NCBI RefSeq assembly: GCF_000315625.1 | Contig: NW_005434657.1 | Location: 908,130-972,129, forward strand | Source: Guillardia theta CCMP2712 | Lineage: Eukaryota > Protista > Cryptophyta | Reading direction: 5' to 3' | Length of the DNA: 64,000 bases | Shown: piece after piece, positions 39,813-49,092 of the stretch | Layout of the letters: each line of letters begins with the position of its first letter | How positions within the stretch are numbered: position 1 is the stretch's first letter | Position numbers and translations under genes: made by a program | Notes under the pieces: generated by a model | The model's database searches: none | Told to the model about the DNA's origin: nothing | What the model saw: only the letters and a program-made list of their open reading frames with translations

Positions 39813-41200
39813 ACAGACGAACAAGGTCTGCGAGTCCCTTCAACAACCATATGAACTTTGTTTGCTTCGCAAACTGCACGATGCACCATCATCCGCACCC
39901 TTATCACAAAAGCATCTTCTCCCCTTACCCCGCAGTTGTGCCATTATCCCATCCCGGTCAACATTACAAAAGTCACAAGGAGTCATTCTTATTCCATGCT
40001 GCATATCATCGAATATTCCAATCCGTCTGTACCGAACTACACCAAAACATCTCTACACTTTTCGCCCTCCCCCGCTCTTCCTAAGCAAGTCCACCACCGT
40101 CATCCACGACAAATGGCCAAACCTTGGCGTCGCGTCCCATTCTCCTCTTGCGTCCTTGTATATTTCCATAAGAAAGTTTTTACACTGATCATACACAATG
40201 GTAAGCAGGATATCCTTATCCCCTGTTTCCGAAATGCCATTCTGTACAAATTGCTCTTGTATTCGCCTTGGCCCATTTGAAACTGGTAGGGAGTAAGCTG
40301 CTCTCGTCCCCTTCCACTGTATTGTCATTCACTGTTTGCCTGATTCTGTCATCAACCTCGCCGCCATCGCTGTCCTCTGCATCTTCCATCCCATCCTCCA
40401 TCTCCCCATCCTCAGTCACTCTGCCAGATAGGTCCCCGTGTCCCTTCCATGCCTTACCCCATCCTCCTGCGCCGCACACCCGTACTCGCCTGTGAAACAC
40501 TTACCCCTCTCTTGATCTCTTTCATGCCTTCTTCCAATCCCTTGATAGCGCCTTTCAGCTCTTCCAATGTATCCTGTATCCCTTGCATCTTCGCATTCAT
40601 TTTCTCTCTCCACTTGCCATCTCCTTGCCTTGTTATACATTCTCCATACTTGTCCTCCGCTGCTGCCTTCACGCCTGCATCCATACCTGTTCCTCCATTC
40701 TCCAACGAATTGGCTAGTGGACGATTCTCTGCGATTGTGTTGTATCCACCCATATAAGCGGACGCATCTCGTGCGGCCGCTCCTCCTGAATTTCCCCACT
40801 CGCATGCACAGTAAGTGTGGTGTTTGTGCGTAGTTTACTCTTAAGTGAACTTAGAGACTTCTATCTTCTGCTTCTCTGTCTTCTTCATCCTTACCTTACT
40901 CGTGACGTCGACAATCTCTGTGTTGTGTATACAACAGATTGCTCGAAAAATTGAATCAGCTGAAGTGCGGAAGCAAGCTGCAAGCTTCTCTTCCATTGTT
41001 GCATTTGTTTCTGTCAAGTGATTGATAGACCCTCTCATCTCGGTAATGTTCCCGTTGATGCCGTCTACGGACCCTTTCATTTCCTCCATTGATCGGATCG
41101 TGATGACATGAGGAGGCAAACCAGTAGGTTTTCTGCCATTCCCGTCAATTGAAATGTATCGGCTCAACAATGGTAGAAATTCATTCTGCTTTCCCTGCTT
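39813..41200 (-). mobile_element. 3' part of a Crypton-like tyrosine-recombinase element, interrupted by a solo LTR
   Basis: PTGLPPHV motif, a coiled coil and a C-terminal RFGHLSWMTV. It shares 49 identical bp (40635-40683) with the YR element at 56047-56095. Confidence 0.6.
40738..40936 (+). mobile_element. Solo LTR of a Gypsy subfamily related to 47206-53220
   Basis: TGTTGTAT...ATACAACA ends; 5-bp TSD GATTG (40733-40737 and 40937-40941); diverged and ~48 bp shorter than the full-element LTR. Confidence 0.9.
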
Positions 41201-41224
41201 TCACATTTGAAGAATGGTTCCAGG

Positions 41225-41690
41225 CCCGCAAGTACGGCCTTGCCCTGCCAATTCCACATCTAGCCTCGGCTCTACTAGTTTCGGCTCCTGTCTCTGGCTT
41301 CCCGGCTACAAGCGCAGCGATACGATGATCACGCAGATCAAAACTTGCGTCTGTCCCGGAGTGTTTCGCTGCCTGTCCACCGACCTATTACAGCGCGTAT
41401 CAGCCCTATTACTGCTACAGACCCGAAATGAGGCGAGATTGTCCGTGCCCAGCGGGCTGGTGGCAATACTGGGTTCGACCATAACCGCGCCAAACACTAA
41501 CATTTCCTGCGTCCCCTGCGGGCCTGGAACGTCTGCGCTCCCTGTCCTATTCTGAAGCATACGCTTTGGACAAGGCCTGCAATCGCTGTCCCGCCTTCAC
41601 CGCTTCCGCTGCTGGCTCTTAGACTGCCAGTGCGTAGCTGGCTACACAAACTTCAATGGTTCCAATGGATGCGTCCCGTGCGCTGCATGC
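41225..41690 (+). pseudogene. Fragment 2 of the Cys-rich repeat protein
   Basis: PCPANSTSSLGSTS..SC, CVCPG, CVPCGPGT and CQCVAGY units; multiple frameshifts. Confidence 0.6.
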
Positions 41691-41851
41691 TGAACATTGA
41701 GTAAAGAAAGGCTACCGGCGGCAGCAAAGCTTCCGTTATGAGGAGTAACGGATATTTTCCCGCCTTTTTTCTACCCCCTACCCCCAAATCTCTGATGAGG
41801 TACCCCCGGCAGCATCCGAGGCTGGACGCCACAAACTTCAGTGCGGCGGCC

Positions 41852-43745
41852 ATGGCGTCCAAGGAAGCGCTTGAGGCTCTAGGGAGACAGCTGGAAGCTC
41901 TAAGGCTAGATAGCGACAAGAGGTTTCAAGCCTTGGAAGAACGAAATGAGAGATCAGCCGACAAGATTCGAGCTCTAGAGCAAGACAACACTACTTTAAG
42001 GCGTCAGAAACAAGAGCACGACGAGGAGATTCGAGCCTTAAGAGAAGAGCACGACGAGAAGATTCGAGCCTTAAGAGAAGAGCACGACGAGAAGATTCGA
42101 GCCTTAAGAGAAGAGCACAACGAGGAGATTCGAGCCTTAAGAGAAGAGCACAACGAGGAGATTCGAGCCTTAAGAGAAGAGCACGACGAGGAGATTCGAG
42201 CCTTAAGAGAAGAGCACGACGAGGAGATTCGAGCCTTAAGAGAAGAGCACGACGAGAAGACTCGAGCCTTAAACGTATCTGAGCTCACGAAACAAATAGT
42301 GGGCAATCTACGATTTGGTTACTTTGACGACCTTTGCTCTACCTTTCTCCAGCTTCCAAAGGCTCCTGCAGTATTTCGGCAAAACGTTTGTCTGGCTTTT
42401 CTTCAGGCCGCGCAGAACTTACCCGCCGATAAACATTGCAAGAAGGGACATAACAGGGAGAAAGCTTTTGACCTGGAGGGCTGTAAAGTTAAATCAGGCT
42501 TGGTAGAGCGATCGCACTTGGTCCCAAACAGTGCTGCATGTCGAATCGACTGGGGGATTATTGTGCAGAATGCCCTTCCAGAGGGCTTGCGGTCGGATGA
42601 CGTCGCTAAGAAGGTTTTGTTTGGATGTTGTGATGAGGACAACAACCACATACCAGGCATTGCGGACCTTCCTTTCAACTTTATCTTCCTTGGTGGCCAA
42701 CGCGAACATTTGGAGAGCAAAGCAGCTCTGATGTTGCTTCCACTCCTATCTCCTCAGCAGCAATTCGAGTGGAAAGGCGAAGGGTACAAAGCGATTTTGA
42801 TCGGTGTTGACAAAGACGTCTACAGACAAACTTTCTTTCAACTTGATACTGAAGCTGTTCTGAAGAACTCAGAGTATCAACAACATCATTTGGACGAGGA
42901 GTCTCTCGTCAAGGAAATCTGCCGTCCGATGAAGCAGAAGTATTTGCTTCCCACCTTGTATCAAGGTACTGTAGCATTGAATGTGTTGACCGTACCAATG
43001 AAATGTTCTAGATGACAGGGAGGTGCTACATCAGGCCCTACAGCACATTCAAATTCTTTACAAGGACGTTTGTTTGATTCAGTGCGAAGCTCCCAAAAGT
43101 CTGGAAACGTTGCTGCAAGATAACGGATACTGGAACCAAGTCTCCAGGTGTTTCCAGATCAGAAAAGTCTCAGGGTGCGATGATCTCAGGGATAAGCTGA
43201 GAAAGCAGAAGAAAGTCAAGGCTTTCGAGGGACTTAAGTCTGAAACTGGGCAGCCAGTGGCGGTGGCACTGCCATGTTTTCGCGTGATCACGTTCAAAGG
43301 AGACAGTCAGGAAGAGCAACATATAGAGCTTCACACGGCACCACACCCTCTTCTTCTCTCGCTCCGATCCATGAACGCAATGGCGAATTATTTTTACGGA
43401 GATTTGCCAAATGGGAGGTCGAGTCTACTGCTTATGTCTTGTTACGGCGGCCTGGAGGAAGGAATGGCATTCGATTGTGAACTTTGCTTACGAAACGCGT
43501 TTGGCGAAGAATTCGACCCTCAAGAGCAATATGTCATGGGACCTGATGGCCCTGAGATTCTGTCTTCCGGTAATCCTGTCCAAGGTGCCGCAAGGAGTCC
43601 AGACTCTCAAAACAGTCCGGAGGCGTTACAGTATGCGGCCGAGCGTCAGTGTGGATCGAATACCAGCGCATCTCCCCCCTCGAGTCAAGAGTCGGAATGT
43701 AGCGCCGCGAGTACTGTCCAAAGGGACGTTTTTGAGGATCAGTGA
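41852..43745 (+). CDS. Coiled-coil repeat plus HNH-like (Crinkler-type) domain protein, 2 exons
   Basis: A 46-nt GT-AG intron (42966-43011) joins ORFs 41738-43015 and 43023-43745 in frame. Motifs ERSHLVP ... NFIFL ... EH and a later APHPLLL resemble HNH_2 nucleases. Domain call tentative. Confidence 0.65.
42014..42271 (+). repeat. 33-bp coding tandem repeat, ~8 copies (EH[D/N]E[E/K]IRALRE)
   Basis: Seven full and one partial near-identical units. Confidence 0.95.
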
Positions 43746-43814
43746 AGTTTTAAGGATGATGGTGTGCTATATCAGATCATGTCTTAGCATCATGAATAGA
43801 ATACCTTACATGTT

Positions 43815-44135
43815 ACAGACGAACAAGGTCTGCGAGTCCCTTCAACAACCATATGAACTTTGTTTGCTTCGCAAACTGCACGATGCACCATCATCCGCAC
43901 CCTTATCACAAAAGCATCTTCTCCCCTTACCCCGCAGTTGTGCCATTATCCCATCCCGGTCAACATTACAAAAGTCACAAGGAGTCATTCTTATTCCATG
44001 CTGCATATCATCGAATATTCCAATCCGTTTGTACCGAACTACACCAAAACATCTCTACACTTTTCGCCCTCCCCCGCTCTTCCTAAGCAAGTCCACCACC
44101 GTCATCCACGACAAATGGCCAAACCTTGGCGTCGC
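43815..44135 (-). repeat. Second copy of the Crypton-like 3' terminal segment (equals 39813-40133)
   Basis: 321-bp direct repeat with one visible mismatch; both copies start at the same ACAGACGAACAAGGTCTG end. Confidence 0.9.
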
Positions 44136-46060
44136 TCCAGGTCCTGTAAGTACTCTAGCTCTGACCGCTGCAGCACTGGTTGGAGATCGCTCCATGAGGT
44201 GCCTGTGATCGACTGCGGCTCCTATGATGCAGTCTTCTGCGGTCTCTGATATCAGGCTTACTGTGCGAGATGAATGATGAAGAGCGAAGACATGGTCTAA
44301 TTTGGCTTGGTGGTGGCCCTGTTTGTACCATGTGGAGAAGGTGAAATGCGAACTGCTTCTGCTCATCTTTTCGCAGGTGACCATCTGATATCGCCCCAGC
44401 TCATTTAAGTTTCGTTCCATTTCCTCATCTGCGCGGTGCACGTTCCGAAGCGAGTTGCTCCCGTACCCTACTCTCGTGCAGATCTCTGCAAGCTTTCGAG
44501 ATAGGGAAATGTAACGTTCGCCAACAATATTGTTTCTTTTTTGCGGCCAACGTGTAAAACCTGTATTCTTTTTTGGGAGACCTCGCGCTCCTCTTCCATG
44601 GCGAAGTGCCATGGCAGGGGGGGGCGAGGTGCAAGGTCAGCATGCGCTAATGTCATGAGGCGTAGGTCACTCTTACCCTTTCTCCCGCCCCCCGTGCCTT
44701 TCGTGATAAATACTCGATAGCATCCCCATTCCTTCTTGATCATCGTTCGGAGAGCTATCTCTTTCCTCTTCCCCCCTACCAAGACCTCCTGCAGCATTAC
44801 CACACTCGGCTGGTATGTCTCGATCAGGTATCCCAAGATGTGTTTCAGCACAAACTGGCTGCACCCATTAACATTTTGAAAGATGATGTTGCCTGGGGTG
44901 TTATCCTTTCTGTGCATCTCCACCCATGATGGTTGCTCTGATCTTTCTGTTCGCATTGCATTGTGAGGTTTTCTACCTGTTGTTAGTACTTGTTCCTCTT
45001 CCCTATTGGCCCATTGAAGTTGATGTGGTACTCCCCTTCGATCTCTTGCCGGAGAGTGCGTCTCCTCCTCCTCCCTAGTTCCCCTTGCATCGTTCGAAGC
45101 TTGTTCTTTGTGCGTGCCCGCTGGGGGGAGCGATGTGGCCTGAGGCGGCGGTGAGTCCATCTGTTCTGACCTTTCATATGTCCGCAGGTCCGCCATGTTT
45201 CTTGCTTGCCACGATTCTTGCTCTCCCTGCTCCATCTCTTGTGCCTGGGTCACCTCTGCTGCTTGCCATTCCTTGTACCCTTTATCTTGCGCGTGTTGTA
45301 AAGCTCTGCAGATGCCTTTGATCGTTTCTCGCATGCGCACTTTTCCTGGATCCTCCACCCAAAGCGCATCCAGCAGCAGGTGCCTCATCCTCTCGAGCCA
45401 TTGCTGGGGTGGGGGGACGCCTTGCTGCCTACCTGTTTTTGAGATGTCTCGTTGTGTCGGTCTGTTTGTCTTAGCGATCAGCAGCAAATGCAACAGTATG
45501 AAGATCCCACAGTTGTGATTGTCTGTTTGTTGTAGCTCAGTTGACAGGTAAACCCGCCATGTCGTTGCATGTTCCTGCTGGTCGCTGAATGCCTCCGTGA
45601 CAATCGTCGCCGCGAGTGTGGCTAAGTCCATTCGTTGTGCGCCCTCCAGCTGAAACTGTGCCTCCCTTTGACTTCTGACAATCCCCAGGTCTCTCTCAGC
45701 CATGCTGAGTGAGTCAACAATGCGTATTCTTTTTGTGTCAAAATCTGCCATTAGTAAAATCCAATGATTGCCATTCTCTACGCACGGGAATAAGAATGGC
45801 TGAGCTGCCCCGGCTAGTAGTCGCTTTGCTCTCTTTGTCCTCCCCTCTTGATCTCTCAAACAAGCTACTATTCGCGGGAGGACAATAGTCCCTCTCGGCG
45901 ATTCGACCTGGTTTCTAGTTTGCGCGCTCGCGTACCTCTTGTCTCGTAGCCATGCTATTTGAAATCTGTCTTCCACTGGTTGGATACCTTCGCATTTGAA
46001 ATCTGTCTTCCACTGGTTGGATACCTTCGCTCGTCTGCACACTAGTGCCCTGGTCATCAT
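44136..46060 (-). mobile_element. Non-LTR retrotransposon fragment: Ulp1/C48 protease plus APE endonuclease, frameshifted, RT missing
   Basis: NHWILL..D..IVDS..QQTDNHNCG (Ulp1 H/D/Q/C pattern), then NIIFQNVNG, VVMLQEV, LDHVF and VDH (APE motifs) across a frameshift near 44610. Confidence 0.75.
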
Positions 46061-47205
46061 AAGACCTGGCCTCCATCTGCCGTTGCCTGTCTGCTATAAA
46101 TTCGGACAGGTACCGCTGCCTGGCATCATCACCCCACTACGGCACCAGCGTCAATCCCTGCCCGCACAACTCCTACAGCCTTGCCGGCTCTATCTCTTCG
46201 GACAACTGCACTTGCAGATACGGCTGGCTGGCCGAGCTGGACTTGCCAGTACGGCAGCAACTTCTACAACTGCTCCGCTGGCAAGTCGTCCAGGAGCTTC
46301 GAACCTGCCCGGCAACAATGACGACGCAGTTTACTGGCAACACGACGATCAGCAACTGCGTCTGCGCTTCAGGCCTGACCTTCAACCTGACAGATCTATG
46401 CGTACCATGCCCGCTGGCGACCTACAAGACCAACTTCAGCCTGTACGGTTGCCAGCCCTGCCCGCGCTTCTTCACTACGTCTTACAACGCACAGTCTGCA
46501 CTTGTCCGAAGGGAAGCGAGCTAGATATCGAAAGCTGCAAGCTCTGTCCTGTTGGTGGGTACAAGAACACAACGTCGTTTGACTCCTACTACCCCTGTCC
46601 GCTCTTCTTCAGCACGGCTTAGAATGGCAGCACCAACTTCAACAACTGCAGCTGCGAAGCTACGTTCTACAGAGGAGCGGAGACTGTCTGCACTTGCGCG
46701 CTGGGCAAGACGCTCCACGGCGAAATCTGCGTCAGTTGCGACATCAACACCTACAAAGACTTCATCAGATACAATGCCTGTATCAACTGTTCGCCAAACT
46801 CCATAACGCTTTCCAACAAACCTTCGTCCTTTGATCAGTGTCTTGCTATCGCTGGCTATTACCGAAACGGAACCAACTTTTTCCAGTGCCCGCAAGCCAC
46901 CTACAAGCCCGCTGTCGGGAATACCAACTGCCCGATTGGCTCTACCACCTTTATACTGGCGCTACACTTGCGGCAAACTGCGTGTCGGATCTTGGATATC
47001 ACCAGAAAAGCGACGGAAGCTTCGCCGCCTGAGCCATCGGGACTTATTCCGACACGACTCTCATCAACACGACGTCCTGCAAGACCTGCTTCCTTGGTTC
47101 TACCACTGCCAGCACAACGGCTACGACTTCCAGTCTCTGCATTGCCGACCTTGGCTACTATGGCAGCAGCGGCGTTTTCATCCAGTGCGCTATTGGGACC
47201 TACAG
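46061..47205 (+). pseudogene. Fragment 3 of the Cys-rich repeat protein
   Basis: Repeated CxxCPxxTYK...CxxCP...S...NCVC units spread over several frames. Confidence 0.7.
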
Positions 47206-47452
47206 TGTTGTATCCATGAGGATCCGGAACCACGGATACTCGTCGGATACTCTGCCGGATATTCCCTATATAGGCGGACGCATCTCGTGCGGACGGCCTC
47301 CTGAATTTCCCCCACTTGCATGCACAGTGAGTGTGGTGGTTGTGCGTAGTTTACCTCCTAGTAAACTTAGAGACTTCTATTTCCTGCTTCTCAATCTTCT
47401 TCATCCTTACTTTACTCGTGTCGTTGACAATCTCTGTGTTGTGTATACAACA
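47206..47452 (+). repeat. 5' LTR
   Basis: TGTTGTAT...ATACAACA 8-bp terminal inverted repeats; internal TATATA. Confidence 0.95.
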
Positions 47453-47476
47453 TTCTGGAAGCGAAGTGGTTGATTC

Positions 47477-49024
47477 ATGACCTCGAAACAAGGAAGAGGA
47501 GGAAAGAAACCTCAGCCGGAAAGGAGCCCTCAACCTCGATCTAAGCAATCAGGAGCATTTCAAACAGAAATTGCTGAAGAGAGTTCTGAGGAAGAAGTCG
47601 AATGGAGCGAGCGGCTGCAGCTGCAGCAGCAGCAGCTTTCTCCGAGTCAGACCAGTGGATCTTTGACTCAACCTTATAGGGATGGAGATGTACAACGTGA
47701 AGCGCTGTCTAGCGCGGATCAACGGGCCCGAAACAAGAGGGATACTCCCTTGCGAAGTATTCTGCGATCAGAGGAGGCAACTCAGAGAGCAGCCTCCCCT
47801 GCAACATCGGTACGTCTGCCAAGCTCGGAAAATTTTTCATCCGACCCCGTCATGTCCTCGCCAGTGGCGCAGGACCGAGCTCTTCTCCTTCTTCGTCGAA
47901 TGTGTGCCCTCCTGGCTGACACCACGCAGGACGAGCGTTTCCACATGCTCGCCAATGCTGCCGACGAATTTGCGACAGCCGGCGCTGCTGCAACACCAGA
48001 GCTCCCGCATCTCGCACGAAAAGTTACCCTGCAAGATGCTAATGCTGATATCTATTCAGCTGAGGAATCAGCTAGCGCTGAATCCTCTGATCAGGAACCA
48101 GTCCTCTCCAATCGGACTCTCGTGAATGTGCTAACGAACTCCAAGAGTTTCAATTCCAGCCGCATTCCGATGTACAAAGGTTTTGCTGATCCCCGCTCTG
48201 TCGAAGAATTCCTTCGTCAGTGCAACCGCGAATTAATCGCTCAAGAGATCCCAACTCGCAAATGGGTGAAGAGCATCACGCCGTTGTTCACCAACGAAGT
48301 GATGGTGGTGGTAGAACGTAAGTACGGAAAGAGTCTCGAGGCCATCAACAAGCTTAAATGGGATGAATTTTCAACTCATCTAAGTTCGTGTCTAGCCCCA
48401 ATGCGGCAAGCCAAGAATTATCAGACTCAGCTTGATCAGCTCAAGCAGCAGCCCAACGAATCCGCCTGGGCGTACTTGACTCGCGCCACGACACTCTTCG
48501 CAACGCTCGAATCGCAGGTAGGGTCTGCCATCCTGTACTTCAACGATCAGCCACTCCGGAAATTCATCAAGGGATTTTCGCATACGCCGACGCGCACGTC
48601 TATCCACACATGGTTTACGATTTATCGCAGTCAGTACGGACACGGAGAAGACATGTTCTCTCGCCTAGTCACTTTCATCACAGCTCTTCTGGACGATGGT
48701 GAACCGCTAACAGTGTCTAAGCAGCCTAACTCAGCTGCTGCTAACGCTGCGCAGACCTCTTCGCACACGAAGGCCAAAGCCAACGGTGGGCAGAACAAGA
48801 AGAAGTCCAACGGTAAAGAAAACCAGCGCAAGCAGAAGTCCATCCGTTGTTTTTACTGTCAAGAACCGGGTCACATCAAGCCGGACTGCGAGCAGTACAA
48901 GCGCGAAGTCGCTCTCCAACAGGAGCGCCATGCTGATGAGAAACTCATGGCAACCCAGCATGAACAGCATGTTCAGCTTTTAGCTGCTCTTCAACCGCTC
49001 GCGACGCGTGCGGGAAACGAGTAG
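47477..49024 (+). CDS. gag: Gag with CCHC zinc knuckle
   Basis: 515-aa ORF with LDQLKQ...ES..AY (MHR-like) and CFYCQEPGHIKPDC. Confidence 0.92.
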   Translation: MTSKQGRGGKKPQPERSPQPRSKQSGAFQTEIAEESSEEEVEWSERLQLQQQQLSPSQTSGSLTQPYRDGDVQREALSSADQRARNKRDTPLRSILRSEEATQRAASPATSVRLPSSENFSSDPVMSSPVAQDRALLLLRRMCALLADTTQDERFHMLANAADEFATAGAAATPELPHLARKVTLQDANADIYSAEESASAESSDQEPVLSNRTLVNVLTNSKSFNSSRIPMYKGFADPRSVEEFLRQCNRELIAQEIPTRKWVKSITPLFTNEVMVVVERKYGKSLEAINKLKWDEFSTHLSSCLAPMRQAKNYQTQLDQLKQQPNESAWAYLTRATTLFATLESQVGSAILYFNDQPLRKFIKGFSHTPTRTSIHTWFTIYRSQYGHGEDMFSRLVTFITALLDDGEPLTVSKQPNSAAANAAQTSSHTKAKANGGQNKKKSNGKENQRKQKSIRCFYCQEPGHIKPDCEQYKREVALQQERHADEKLMATQHEQHVQLLAALQPLATRAGNE

Positions 49025-49092
49025 CGGCGGCAGGCAACGAGAGGGGAGCATCACTTGCTCCTCCTGCCGCTGGTCTTTGCCCCAGCCCTCTC
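49012..49092 (+). promoter_or_regulatory. Programmed -1 ribosomal frameshift signal (G GGA AAC plus downstream stem/pseudoknot)
   Basis: The slippery heptamer 49012-49018 is in gag phase just before the gag stop. The -1 frame is open into pol, and complementary stems start 6 nt downstream. Confidence 0.8.

Noticed and set aside
42014-42271. 33-bp repeat as a CRISPR or non-coding array
   Set aside because: In-frame coding repeat without spacers.
47216-47473. ORFs MRIRNHGYSS... (also at 52984)
   Set aside because: Incidental frames in the LTRs.
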